Of a stretch of DNA of 64,000 nucleotides, positions 9,449 through 19,057 are shown in pieces. The stretch comes from Dehalococcoidia bacterium (GTDB taxonomy: Bacteria; Chloroflexota; Dehalococcoidia; Lucifugimonadales; JADFKI01). Position numbers and translations under genes: made by a program. Location of the stretch: contig OY730226.1 of NCBI GenBank assembly GCA_963422525.1, positions 1,982,881 to 2,046,880 on the forward strand, read 5' to 3'. Within the stretch, counting starts at the first letter, position 1. Every line of letters begins with the position of its first letter. The notes under the pieces are model-generated. The model did no database searches. It had not been told where the DNA came from and saw only the letters and a program-made list of their open reading frames with translations.

Positions 9449-10657
9449 GTGGATAAATCACAAGCAATCGAAGCCGCAAAGCAGCACTTCGGTACCGTTA
9501 TGCAAGAGCAGCTGGATCGTGTGGAACGACTGAAGCAGGAGGGAGACTGGGTTGACTATTCGAGTGTCAGTCCAGTGGTTATCGGCATGCTTGGCGGCGA
9601 CGGCATAGGACCGACCATCAGCGACGAAACCCAGAAGGTGTTGGAATATCTACTACGCGACGCGGTTGCGGATGGCAAAGTGGAGTTCAAGGTCATCGAC
9701 GGGCTGACCATCGAAAACCGAGCCGCCAAGTTGCAGTCTATACCGGACGACGTGCTAGAAGAAATCAAGCAGTGCCATGTAACCCTCAAAGGACCTACGC
9801 ATACGCCGGAGCAGGGCGACGGCTGGCCGAACATTGAGAGCGCGAATGTGTCTATGCGCAAGGCGCTAGACCTCTTCGCCAACGTGCGCCCCGTGCGCGT
9901 GCCAAGCCAAGGCATAGACTGGACATTCTTCCGCGAGAACACCGAGGATATGTACGCCGTCGGCAGCCAGGGGATAAATGTCTCCGACGATCTCGCCATA
10001 GACTTTCGCGTCATCACTAGTCAAGGCTCGGAGCGTATCATCGATGCCGCGTTCGCGCATGCGCAGCGCACCGGCAAAGAGCGCGTTACCATCGTTACCA
10101 AGGCAAACATCGTCAAGACCACAGACGGCAAGTTCCTCGACATTGCGCGCAAAGTCAGCGAGCGATACCCCGACATCGAGTGGGACGGCTGGTACATCGA
10201 CATTATGACCGCCGCGCTCATCAACCCGGCGCGGCAAAAAGATTTTCAAGTATTAGCGCTGCCGAACCTGTACGGAGATATATTGACGGACGAAGCGGCT
10301 CAAATTCAGGGCGGCGTCGGCACGGCGGGGAGCGCGAACATCGGTAAGCGCTACGGCATGTTCGAGGCGATACATGGCAGCGCGCCGCGTATGGTCGCCA
10401 CCGGCAGAGCGCAGTTCGCCGACCCTAGCTCGCTGGTGCGCGCAGGCGCGATGATGCTAGAGCACATCGGCTTCGAGGATATTGGCGGCAAACTGCACAA
10501 AGCATTGGACATCTGCGGTCAATACGAGCGCAAGATGGTGATGACAGGACGCGACACCGGCGTCACCAGCGCGGAGTTTGGCGAGTATATTATGCGGACG
10601 GTCGAAGACCCGAATGTGGAAGAGCGCTGGGACGAATATGTCAGCGCCGAACGTTAG
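9449..10657 (+). CDS. isocitrate dehydrogenase (isocitrate/isopropylmalate dehydrogenase family)
   Basis: GTG start preceded by GGAAAGGAG. GGDGIGPTI, NLYGDILTDEAAQIQGGVG and EAIHGSAPRM motifs. Sits next to mdh. Confidence 0.85.
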   Translation: MDKSQAIEAAKQHFGTVMQEQLDRVERLKQEGDWVDYSSVSPVVIGMLGGDGIGPTISDETQKVLEYLLRDAVADGKVEFKVIDGLTIENRAAKLQSIPDDVLEEIKQCHVTLKGPTHTPEQGDGWPNIESANVSMRKALDLFANVRPVRVPSQGIDWTFFRENTEDMYAVGSQGINVSDDLAIDFRVITSQGSERIIDAAFAHAQRTGKERVTIVTKANIVKTTDGKFLDIARKVSERYPDIEWDGWYIDIMTAALINPARQKDFQVLALPNLYGDILTDEAAQIQGGVGTAGSANIGKRYGMFEAIHGSAPRMVATGRAQFADPSSLVRAGAMMLEHIGFEDIGGKLHKALDICGQYERKMVMTGRDTGVTSAEFGEYIMRTVEDPNVEERWDEYVSAER

Positions 10658-10734
10658 CCCAATAGCGACCCGTCTCCCCTCACAGCGCTTAAATGGCAAT
10701 CTTACCCAATCTAATTTCAGGAGTTTGAACATCA

Positions 10735-11667
10735 ATGCGAAGCAAAGTAACGGTTGTTGGAGCGGGAAATGTGGGTGCGACCGCAGCGCAGCGCATTTTC
10801 GACAGGGGTTACGCCGATGTTACCCTGGTTGACATCGTAGAGGGACTTCCGCAGGGCAAGGCGCTTGACATCCAAGAATCGGGCCCCGTGCTAGGTTCGG
10901 ATGCCTCTATCATCGGCAGCAACGGCTATGACGAGACGGCGGGCTCGGACATCGTGGTCATCACTTCCGGTATCGCCCGCAGGCCCGGCATGAGCCGCGA
11001 CGACCTGCTGCTGACGAACATGAGAATCGTGAGCGGCGTTGTCGAAGAGGTGGTCAAGCATTCGCCGGACTGCATCATCCTGCCTGTGACGAATCCACTG
11101 GACGCCATGGCGCAGCGCGCGTATCAGGTCAGCGGCTTTCCGAAGAGCCGCGTAGTGGGGATGGCGGGCATTCTGGATACGGCGCGCTTTCGGACATTCC
11201 TCGCCGAAGAGCTAAGCGTATCCGTAAGCTCCATAGAAGCCTATGTACTTGGAGGGCATGGGGACACGATGGTTCCGGTCGTAGGCAGCACGACCGTTGG
11301 CGGCATACCGGTCGCCAACTTAATCGAAGCAGAACGCCTTGAAGAAATTGTGCAGCGCACAAGGGACGGCGGCGCTGAGATTATCAACCACCTGAAGACT
11401 GGCAGCGCCTACTATGCGCCATCGGCGTCCATCGTTCAGATGGTCGAGGCTATCCTATTCGACAAGAACGAAATCCTACCCTGCACCGCCCTGCTCGAAG
11501 GCGAATACGGCATTAACGACCTGTTCGTAGGCGTTCCCGTAAAGCTCGGCGGCAGCGGGATCGTGGAGGTAGTCGAGTTCGACCTGAACGACGATGAGTC
11601 GGCGGCGCTAAAGCGTTCCGCCGACGCTGTGCAGGAGCTCGTGGATGTGATGGCGTCCGCCGAGTAG
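10735..11667 (+). CDS. mdh: malate dehydrogenase (LDH-like MDH)
   Basis: [13 protein letters not shown] Rossmann motif, [16 protein letters not shown], and GGHGDTMVP catalytic His region. Confidence 0.95.
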   Translation: MRSKVTVVGAGNVGATAAQRIFDRGYADVTLVDIVEGLPQGKALDIQESGPVLGSDASIIGSNGYDETAGSDIVVITSGIARRPGMSRDDLLLTNMRIVSGVVEEVVKHSPDCIILPVTNPLDAMAQRAYQVSGFPKSRVVGMAGILDTARFRTFLAEELSVSVSSIEAYVLGGHGDTMVPVVGSTTVGGIPVANLIEAERLEEIVQRTRDGGAEIINHLKTGSAYYAPSASIVQMVEAILFDKNEILPCTALLEGEYGINDLFVGVPVKLGGSGIVEVVEFDLNDDESAALKRSADAVQELVDVMASAE

Positions 11668-11723
11668 CGACATCGGCATGCGCTCATCACATGCCGATGC
11701 ATTGGCGAACGGGTGAACTCTAT

Positions 11724-11900
11724 ATGGCGACTGAAGAGCAGATACGGATAGTGATGAACAGCCTGGCGGACTTGCCGCCTTGCCCGGAGTGCGGTGTGCG
11801 GGTGCGCTTCGGCGACCTTGAGTGCCCGCGCTGCGGAGCGGACATTTACGACGACCTAAAGGCATGGGCGGAGCGGCTGATTGATGAGGTGTGCCGGTAG
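11724..11900 (+). CDS. small zinc-ribbon protein
   Basis: CPECG..N12..CPRCG pair of CxxC knuckles. The start is uncertain (11691 or 11724). Confidence 0.4.
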   Translation: MATEEQIRIVMNSLADLPPCPECGVRVRFGDLECPRCGADIYDDLKAWAERLIDEVCR

Positions 11901-12010
11901 CGTCTGCTCATCTGTTGCTCAGCATACTACTGCTTCGTCAGAATGCGAGTGCTAGTGCTTTTATCTCTGTTGCTGATTGCGGCGAAGCCGTCGTGGATGG
12001 TATCCCGGGG

Positions 12011-13738
12011 CTATCGATATTCCAAAGTGAGCGTGAAGTCCCCGGCATTTTCCGGTTCGTATGTCGTCGCCTCGATGGTGTAGTCGCCGGCGGCAAGGGT
12101 ATTCGCTATGCGCGAGTTCCTGTCCAATCCACTGAAGTCGTCGTTCTCGTGCAGCGCTTCGCCGTCTTTGCCCGCGCCTTCCAACAGGCGGAGGTATGTG
12201 TCCTGTTCGGAAGTGAGAGTGATGACTACATCCGCTCCCGCATCCAGCGTGAAGATGTAGAAGCGCGCATAGCGAACTTCGCGGGCGCCGTTGTCCAGCG
12301 CCTTCTCGGACAGGCAGTCGCTACTCCAGCTGCCGTTGACGCTTCCACTATCTATCGTCTGCACGCAATCATCCGTGGGAGCCTCCGGTTCGGGGGTTGC
12401 CGTTAGCTGAGGTGTACTGGTGGGAATGGGCGGTTGAGTCGTCGGTGTTGGCGTTACCGTCGGAATTGGCGTCGGCGTGGGTGTCGCCTGTGGAATTGTT
12501 CTTTCTTCCAGAGTCGCTAGTCTGCCATCCAACACTGCTATAAGCCCTTGCAACGCTGCCACAAGTTCTTCCAGTAAGCTCAACCTGTTTAGGACTTCAT
12601 CATCGGCAGGCACGGGCGTTGGCGTAGCGGTTGGATGCGGCGCTGGCCTGATACTAGAACGTCCGCCCGGCCAGCCGTATGGGATTTCACCGGCTGCCAA
12701 GGCTGCTTTGATGCTTGCTTCCGCCTCAGCCGTTACCCATTCGCCCCATACATCGGGGTTGCTGTTCATCCACCAGATAGCAGTAGCCTCAGTATCAGCG
12801 TCAGGATTATCCGCGCCCCACCTAACGACTGCCTTGTATATGTCGACATTGAAGTCCCACTTTCGCAGCACATTGATAACATCAGGCGCTGCCGCCGGCA
12901 GGTCCGGATAGACCGCTATCAGGACGGTAGCGTCCTGATACGCGCAAGCCTTTGTGGTGAACCAGCACTGATCACTGTACGCAGGTTCCTCCAAGCGCAC
13001 CAAGTCAAGCTGAAGCGCCGGGTCGTTCGTGCCCCACTGATAGCCCAACCACGGCTCTTTGCGCTCGTATGCGCCGTACAGGTCGGCGTTCAATGCCGCA
13101 CCATCGCCAGGGTTGACAATCTCAACATGGTCGGAGAGGCCATAGCCCTCTACTTGCGCGGCATTCACCTCTTCACAAGCCCAGTCGATGACACAAGACA
13201 CGAGACGCGCCTTGTCCCCGGTTTCCGCCGTCTTGAACAGGTCTTTGTACTGCTGCTCTTTCAAGTCCTCAACACTGTCCAGTTCCGGGTACTGCTCTTG
13301 CAGATACTTGGGGATGACAAATGCCGACTGCCAGTCCTTTCCTAGGCTCTGTCCCAGGGATAGCACAGCGCCCTCGGCTCTGGCTTCATTCCACGCCTCG
13401 TTCTGGTTAGGCAGCCAGATCTCCATCAGCACATGCGTGTCGCCCCTGCGCAGCCCTTGGAACAACTGCAGCGTAGCGCCGAACTTCACATCTGTCGGAT
13501 AGCCGTAGCCCTTCTCCACTATGTACTGAGCGATGCGATTCTGAAGCAGTGCGCTCGACCAGTTCAAGTCACCGAAAATGATGGTCTGTTTAGTCGCCTG
13601 ATTGTCTTGAGACGCAGGTTCACCGACCTGATGATTGCTGGCTTGAACGCCAGCGCTCTGCAATCCCATTATTGCGGCGAATAGCAAGAAAATTACCGTT
13701 ACGAAGGACAGCAAGCCAATGGCTCGTCTTTGATTCAA
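12011..13738 (-). CDS. secreted/anchored glycine-betaine-type substrate-binding protein fused via Pro/Thr linkers to a C-terminal PPC-like beta-sandwich domain
   Basis: N-terminal hydrophobic anchor. OpuAC/ProX-like region (IIFGDLNWSSALLQNRIAQYIVEKGYGYP.., EIWLPNQ). Two TPTPTP-type linkers flank a short coiled segment. The C-terminal ~110 aa resemble a pre-peptidase C-terminal domain (DTYLRLL..DDFSG..DYTIEATTYE). Confidence 0.7.
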   Translation of the reverse strand: MNQRRAIGLLSFVTVIFLLFAAIMGLQSAGVQASNHQVGEPASQDNQATKQTIIFGDLNWSSALLQNRIAQYIVEKGYGYPTDVKFGATLQLFQGLRRGDTHVLMEIWLPNQNEAWNEARAEGAVLSLGQSLGKDWQSAFVIPKYLQEQYPELDSVEDLKEQQYKDLFKTAETGDKARLVSCVIDWACEEVNAAQVEGYGLSDHVEIVNPGDGAALNADLYGAYERKEPWLGYQWGTNDPALQLDLVRLEEPAYSDQCWFTTKACAYQDATVLIAVYPDLPAAAPDVINVLRKWDFNVDIYKAVVRWGADNPDADTEATAIWWMNSNPDVWGEWVTAEAEASIKAALAAGEIPYGWPGGRSSIRPAPHPTATPTPVPADDEVLNRLSLLEELVAALQGLIAVLDGRLATLEERTIPQATPTPTPIPTVTPTPTTQPPIPTSTPQLTATPEPEAPTDDCVQTIDSGSVNGSWSSDCLSEKALDNGAREVRYARFYIFTLDAGADVVITLTSEQDTYLRLLEGAGKDGEALHENDDFSGLDRNSRIANTLAAGDYTIEATTYEPENAGDFTLTLEYR

Positions 13739-13987
13739 CTTTTTACTCCAATGCTACGAGATGAGATCTTCATTTACAGACTTCAGCAAACTTAGGGTTT
13801 TGTGAGGATTAGACAATACTAGAGATTTTCTATCACCGGCGATCAATCGCCGTCAGGGAGCAGGGTATTTCACTGCTTCACTCAGTGTCACAAATTATGG
13901 TGTTCAATCGGTGTCTGTCAAAAGTGGTTCGACAGGTTCACTATAAACGGCATTGGTATGATTAAGCAAAAACCAAAAGCCCTCGAA

Positions 13988-14075
13988 TCAGGGCGAGACG
14001 CCGATGGTAAAGAGCATCTTGCGAGTTGAAACGATGCGCTTGTTGAAACCACAAGACAATGCCCATCATTGACCC
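13988..14075 (-). pseudogene. relic copy of the 3' end of the CCG-domain sdh subunit gene
   Basis: 13988-14049 aligns by eye to 14910-14971 at ~84% identity. It encodes FNKRIVSTRKMLFTIGVSP* versus the true C-terminus LNKHIISTRKMLSTIGVSP*. A 21-nt gap follows, then weaker similarity. Confidence 0.6.
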
Positions 14076-14242
14076 GCGCCGCGCGTAGGATAGCGTAATA
14101 GAACGCTAATCGCAATGATGAATGGAGACTATCTCGCTCCTTTTCTCAAGCGCCGTTGTACGATGCGCCGCGCCGGATTTGTACGCTTCCAGGCGCCAAA
14201 TCACTGCGCCCTAGCGTAAGTGTGGTATGCACTGTTCCTACT

Positions 14243-14534
14243 ATGAGAACCATCTCAAAGAAGCTACTTAGAGAGTTCTGGGAATGCCACTCTGACACGG
14301 CCGTTCCGCTCAACGATTGGCACAAAGCGGTGAAAAGGGAAGACTGGGCTTCTACGACTACACTGACAGCCAACCATCCTAACGCCCGCATTATCGGCAA
14401 CAGCAGGGCAGTGTTCGACATCAGGGGCAATCGATATAGGCTGGTGGCGCGAATCAACTATCAGTACAAGATAGTGTACATTCGCTTCATCGGCACACAC
14501 GGAATATGACCGCATAGACGCGGAGAGAGTTTAG
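14243..14534 (+). pseudogene. higB: HigB-family (RelE-fold) toxin with C-terminal frameshift
   Basis: MRTISKKLLREFWE..WHKAVKREDW..NRYRLVARINYQYKIVYIRFIGTH matches the HigB_toxin family. The ORF stops at 14509 (..GTHGI*). The canonical tail EYDRIDAERV* continues in another frame to TAG 14532-14534, 2 nt before the higA ATG. Confidence 0.75.
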
Positions 14535-14536
14535 AA

Positions 14537-14906
14537 ATGGTTGCCGTCAATCCCATCAGAACTGAGGAAGACTACGAAGCTGCGCTCGCCAGAGTGGATG
14601 ACATCTTCGAAGCGCAACCCAACACTCCTGAAGGCGATGAGCTTGATGTCCTCACTGACCTTATAGTGGCATATGAGGACAAGCATTATCCTACCGGTCC
14701 CCCTAGTCTAATCGGAGCGATAGAGTTCTGCATAGAGCAGCGCGGACTGACACAGGACGACCTGATACCTATGATTGGCAGCCGGCAGAAGATCGCGGAA
14801 GCGCTTGTCAGGCAAGCGCGACATCACTATGCCGATGGCTAGAGCGCTGCACAAGCGATTAGGAATCCCTGCCGAAGGGCTGCTGCAGGAGCCGCCCGCT
14901 CGCTAA
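14537..14906 (+). pseudogene. higA: HigA-family HTH antitoxin, frameshifted within the HTH domain
   Basis: The N-terminus (IRTEEDYEAALARVDDIFEA..) and LTQDDLIPMIGSRQKIAE match HigA. The annotated frame ends at 14842. The +1 frame from ~14808 reads SGKRDITMPMARALHKRLGIPAEGLLQEPPAR* (stop 14904-14906), which is the canonical HigA C-terminus. One extra base lies near 14807. Confidence 0.75.
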
Positions 14907-14909
14907 TCT

Positions 14910-15800
14910 TTACGGCGAGACGCCGATGGTGGACAGCATCTTGCGGGTTGAGATGATGTGCTTGTTGAGACGCATGGCGGCGGGCTCTATCCCTAGCGCC
15001 AAGCCTATCATCTGCGGCAGGTGCATAATCGGCAGGTCGATTGGCTGCTGCGCCTGCTTTGCCGCCTGCGGCTGGTAGCCGTCGAGGTTGAGGTGGCAGA
15101 GCGGGCATGGCGTGACCATGGCGTCCGCTCCCCTGCCCTTGGCGTCGAGAGTGTGATTGGAGACCATCTTCATGGAATTAGTTTGGTTGATAGTCAAGAT
15201 GGGGAAGCCGCAGCAGAGGGTCTTGCCCGGAAAGTCAACGACGGTTGCGCCGACGGCTTCGATGACCTGCTCCAGTGCGTCGGAGCGATCAGGATTTTCC
15301 GCAAAGCCGAGCGATGACGAGGGGCGCACCAGATAGCAGCCATAGAAGGGTGCCGCTTTGAAGCCGGTGAGAGGACGCACAACCATCGACTTGAGCTTGT
15401 CGATGCCTATGTCTTCTACGATAATCCAAAGCAGGTGCTTCGGGTCCGCCGTCCCCATATACTCCAAGCCCTCCTCCGCAAGGTCGGTGTTGACCTGCGA
15501 TAGATATTCGGCGTCGGATGTGAGGCGCTGATTTGCCTGTGACATCACCCCTTGGCATGTGCTGCAAATCGTCAGCAAGGGCAGGCCGGAGCGTTCGGCG
15601 AGCGCGAAGTTGCGCGCGTTCAGCGTATCGCCAAGCCGCTGGTTCTTCTCTTGCAGCACGCCCGCGCCTGTGCAGGATGCGCTCTGCATCGCCGCCGCAT
15701 CAAGATCGACGCCCAACTTGCGGCACACCTCTATCGTGGAGTTGTAAAGTTCGGGGGCGGCGCCCTGCGCCACACAGCCCGGATAAAAAGCGTATCTCAT
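14910..15800 (-). CDS. CCG-domain (HdrB-like) subunit of type E-like succinate dehydrogenase/fumarate reductase
   Basis: Two cysteine-rich CCG-type motifs (CSTCQGV.., CCGFP.., PCPLCHLNL). Its start overlaps the sdhB stop (ATGA). Confidence 0.8.
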   Translation of the reverse strand: MRYAFYPGCVAQGAAPELYNSTIEVCRKLGVDLDAAAMQSASCTGAGVLQEKNQRLGDTLNARNFALAERSGLPLLTICSTCQGVMSQANQRLTSDAEYLSQVNTDLAEEGLEYMGTADPKHLLWIIVEDIGIDKLKSMVVRPLTGFKAAPFYGCYLVRPSSSLGFAENPDRSDALEQVIEAVGATVVDFPGKTLCCGFPILTINQTNSMKMVSNHTLDAKGRGADAMVTPCPLCHLNLDGYQPQAAKQAQQPIDLPIMHLPQMIGLALGIEPAAMRLNKHIISTRKMLSTIGVSP

Positions 15801-16750
15801 TTTTTGCTTTCAACCTTCTCAAATATGCGTCGCACGTTCTCTGCGCCTGGGCGCTTCTTGTGGACAAGCGGGGGCACTTTGCCGACCTTGAATGAGCGCG
15901 CGGCGACTGGGATGAGCTTTATCATTTCCTTGATGTTCGTCTTGCCGTAGGTGTTGACGACAAGACTCGTCTCGTCCAGCCAGCCGCTGTGCTCTACCGA
16001 ATTGGCGAACGCTTCGGCATGGCGCGCGCCGTTCGTGTTGACGAAGCCGGCATCGATAGCCTTGTCACGCAAAGACATGATGCGCTCCATAGGCGCAACA
16101 CCCTTCGGGCATACCTCAACGCACTGCATGCAGCGCGTGCAGTCCCATATACCGCCGTACTCGTTAAGACTGCCCAGCCGCGCGGCATCGGCGTTATCGC
16201 GGGGGTCTGCGACGAAGCGGTAAGATTTTGCGAGCGCCGCAGGACCTACAAAGTTCTTGTCCACCTCGAGCGATGTGCAGTCCGACACGCACGCCCCGCA
16301 CATAATGCAGCTCATCACGCCTGCCAGATGCACCATATCTTCGTTGGGGGCGATATGCTCGGCTTCAGGTTCGGGTCCGCTATACTGCATCCAAGGTTCG
16401 ATCGCGCGAACCTTGTCCCAGTGAAGCGCCATGTCCGTTACCAGATCTTTAACGACGGGCATATTCCCCATGGGCTCGACTGTGATAGGCGCATCACCGC
16501 GCATCGCATCGATGACCTTCGTGTTGCAGGCTAGGCCTGCCTGTCCGTTAATCCGCATCCCACAAGAGCCACAGATTGCGCTGCGACATGAGCACCTGAG
16601 CGTCAGGCTGCCGTCCACCTCTTCGCGTATGCGTATCAGTCCGTCAAGCACGGTGGACGACTCGTCCATCTCAAGAGTGTACGACTGAAAATGCGGGGCT
16701 TTTCCACCCTCTTCAGGGTTGAACCGCTTGACGCTAAATGTTACTTCCAT
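15797..16750 (-). CDS. sdhB: succinate dehydrogenase/fumarate reductase iron-sulfur subunit
   Basis: 2Fe-2S (CSCRSAICGSCGMRING), 4Fe-4S (CIMCGACVSDC) and 3Fe-4S (CTRCMQCVEVCPKG) cluster motifs. Confidence 0.9.
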   Translation of the reverse strand: MEVTFSVKRFNPEEGGKAPHFQSYTLEMDESSTVLDGLIRIREEVDGSLTLRCSCRSAICGSCGMRINGQAGLACNTKVIDAMRGDAPITVEPMGNMPVVKDLVTDMALHWDKVRAIEPWMQYSGPEPEAEHIAPNEDMVHLAGVMSCIMCGACVSDCTSLEVDKNFVGPAALAKSYRFVADPRDNADAARLGSLNEYGGIWDCTRCMQCVEVCPKGVAPMERIMSLRDKAIDAGFVNTNGARHAEAFANSVEHSGWLDETSLVVNTYGKTNIKEMIKLIPVAARSFKVGKVPPLVHKKRPGAENVRRIFEKVESKK

Positions 16751-16850
16751 ATATTCGTCCTGTAGCTAGTGGGTCAGTATGTCGGTTAGTCTGTGGATGA
16801 GTTAGGAACATCTTATTGAATAATGACACCGCGCAATGCAACTATTTTAG

Positions 16851-16950
16851 ATTCCTCGCTTCGGTCGGAATGACAAATTGAAGAGCTCGGTCGGAACGAC
16901 AGGGCGAGGAGCTCGGTCAGAGTGACAAGGTGGCAGAGCTTGGAATGACA
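16851..16950. repeat. four imperfect tandem ~26-27 nt repeats in the sdhA-sdhB intergenic region
   Basis: Core GCTYGGTCRGARYGACA recurs starting at 16858, 16885, 16911 and 16938 (last copy shortened). The first copy is embedded in a hairpin-capable GATTCCTCGCTTCGGTCGGAATGAC element. Confidence 0.6.
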
Positions 16951-16961
16951 ATATGCATAAG

Positions 16962-18641
16962 TCAGTAGCTTCGTACTTGCGGCTGCCAGTCGGTTATGAC
17001 GACAGGCAGGTAATCCACCTGCGGCCCATCATCGGTGCGCTTCACCAGAATATGACGCAGCCAGTTTTCATCATCTCTGTCAGGCGCGTCGGTGCGGGTA
17101 TGCGCTCCCCTGCTCTCGTTGCGCTCAATCGCCGAGAGCGCAATCGCCTCCGCGCAGTCAGTCATGAAGCCGAGTTCGAGTGTGAACAACAAGTTGGTAT
17201 TGAAGGTTTTGCCCTTATCTGGCACCGCCACGTTGTTGTAGCGCTCGCGCAGGCTGCGCAGTTCCGCAAGCGCCGTCTCCATCCCGTTCTGTTCACGATA
17301 CACGGCGAGGTGTTTGTTCATCGTGTCACCCATCTCTCGGCGAATCTTGCCGAACATCTCACCGTCGCTGTCATTGTCTAGCAGACGCCGAATATGCAGG
17401 CGGTCGGGCTCCGACGCCGCATCCGTTACCCCTGAGTTATGCACCTTCGACGCCGCCATTTGCGCCGCATGCTCGCCGGAGCGTCTGCCGAACACCAGCG
17501 TATCGAGCAGCGAGTTCGCGCCCAGGCGGTTGCCTCCGTGCACGCTTACGCACGCTGCTTCGCCTGCCGCATATAGCCCCGCAATCTCAGTCTGCCCGTC
17601 CACATCAGTCTTGATGCCCCCCATCTGGTAGTGCATGCCGGGACGGATGGGGATAGGTTCGCGCAGCAGGTCCACATTCGCGAAGTCCCGCCCTATCTCG
17701 CGTATCTGGCTCAGACGCTCGTTGATGACGGCTTCCCCAAGATGGCGAACATCCAGCATCACACAGCCGTCTATACCCCTGCCCTCGTTGATTTCCGTCT
17801 GCTCGGCGCGTGATACCACATCACGCGAGGCGAGCTCCATCATGTTCGGGGCGTATCGTTCCATGAAACGCTCGCCATCGGCGTTCAGCAGATATGCCCC
17901 TTCGCCGCGCGCGCCCTCAGTGATGAGCACACCGCTCCCTTTCAGCGTCGTCGGGTGGTACTGCACCATCTCCATGTCCATCAGGGACGCCCCCGCCCTG
18001 TAGGCTGCAGACATGCCGTCTCCGGTGCATATCAGGGCGTTGGTGCTCGGCTCGAAGACGCGTCCAAGCCCGCCGGACGCTACGATGACAGCCTTGGAAC
18101 GCACGACATGAATTTCGCCGCTCCGAATCTCCATTATGACTGCGCCCGCGCACTCGCCATCCTCAACGATGAGCGACAGCAGAAACCACTCTTCATAGAT
18201 GCGGACACCAGCCTTCATCACCTGCTCATAGAGCACATGAAGAAGCGCTTGTCCCGTAAAGTCAGACACGAAGAAGGTGCGAGCCTGACGCTGCCCGCCG
18301 AATGCGCGCGTGCCAAGCCGTCCCTCATCATCCCGATTGAAGATGACGCCCATGTGTTCCATGTCGATAACTTCGGCGCCGGCCTCACGACACATAACTG
18401 CGATTGCGTCCTGATCTCCGAGATAGTCGCTCCCCTTAATAGTATCGTATGCGTGCTCCCGCCAGTCGTCGCCCCTATCCGTAAGGGCAGCGTTGATGCC
18501 CCCTTGCGCTGCGTTCGAGTGGCTGCGCACAGGATGCACTTTTGTTACGACAGCGACATTCGCGCCCGCCGCCACCGCCGCAAGAGCGGCACGCATGCCA
18601 GCCAAGCCCGCGCCGATTATAAGCACATCATGATCAAACAT
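16962..18641 (-). CDS. sdhA: succinate dehydrogenase/fumarate reductase flavoprotein subunit
   Basis: [19 protein letters not shown] motif, the covalent-FAD histidine context [13 protein letters not shown], and active-site HPT and RLGANSL blocks. Confidence 0.95.
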   Translation of the reverse strand: MFDHDVLIIGAGLAGMRAALAAVAAGANVAVVTKVHPVRSHSNAAQGGINAALTDRGDDWREHAYDTIKGSDYLGDQDAIAVMCREAGAEVIDMEHMGVIFNRDDEGRLGTRAFGGQRQARTFFVSDFTGQALLHVLYEQVMKAGVRIYEEWFLLSLIVEDGECAGAVIMEIRSGEIHVVRSKAVIVASGGLGRVFEPSTNALICTGDGMSAAYRAGASLMDMEMVQYHPTTLKGSGVLITEGARGEGAYLLNADGERFMERYAPNMMELASRDVVSRAEQTEINEGRGIDGCVMLDVRHLGEAVINERLSQIREIGRDFANVDLLREPIPIRPGMHYQMGGIKTDVDGQTEIAGLYAAGEAACVSVHGGNRLGANSLLDTLVFGRRSGEHAAQMAASKVHNSGVTDAASEPDRLHIRRLLDNDSDGEMFGKIRREMGDTMNKHLAVYREQNGMETALAELRSLRERYNNVAVPDKGKTFNTNLLFTLELGFMTDCAEAIALSAIERNESRGAHTRTDAPDRDDENWLRHILVKRTDDGPQVDYLPVVITDWQPQVRSY

Positions 18642-18882
18642 ACTTGATACCTCAAGTGAAATAATGTCCGCTAGAAGTTATCACATTGCGCCTGCTTTCA
18701 CAACATAAATGGACGATAAGGCAACACACTATACAAGATACAATATACGCATCCTACGCTGCGCACGCTCGACGAATCCGCTGCGAACCACAGCCCGCAT
18801 CCTCAACTGCCTAGATGGCCCCCCGCAGGTAGCGCAAAAATCTGGCAACAACGGCGTATTCGTAGTAACATGGTTGGCATGA

Positions 18883-18958
18883 GCCAACGTAGCTCAGTCG
18901 GTAGAGCAGCTGTTTCGTAAACAGCAGGTCGGTGGTTCGAGTCCACTCGTTGGCTCCA
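18883..18958 (+). tRNA. tRNA-Thr (anticodon CGU), CCA encoded
   Basis: Manual cloverleaf: acceptor GCCAACG/CGTTGGC, D arm GCTC-AGTCGGTA-GAGC, anticodon arm GCTGT-TTCGTAA-ACAGC, T arm GGTGG-TTCGAGT-CCACT, discriminator T, then CCA. Confidence 0.95.
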
Positions 18959-19057
18959 TCAGACGCACAGAAAGGGGAACCATAGAACGAAGCCCCAGAC
19001 TTAAAGAAAGGTGAGTCTCGTCCAGGAAGCGCTTGTGACAAGGCAACCGGAAGAGCC

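Noticed and set aside
13918-14115. 65-aa minus-strand ORF ending ..PMPFIVNLSNHF
   Set aside because: It is a composite of a REP-like element (the PFVxSLSxH-type translation is common for such repeats) and the out-of-frame sdh-subunit 3' relic. It is not a gene.
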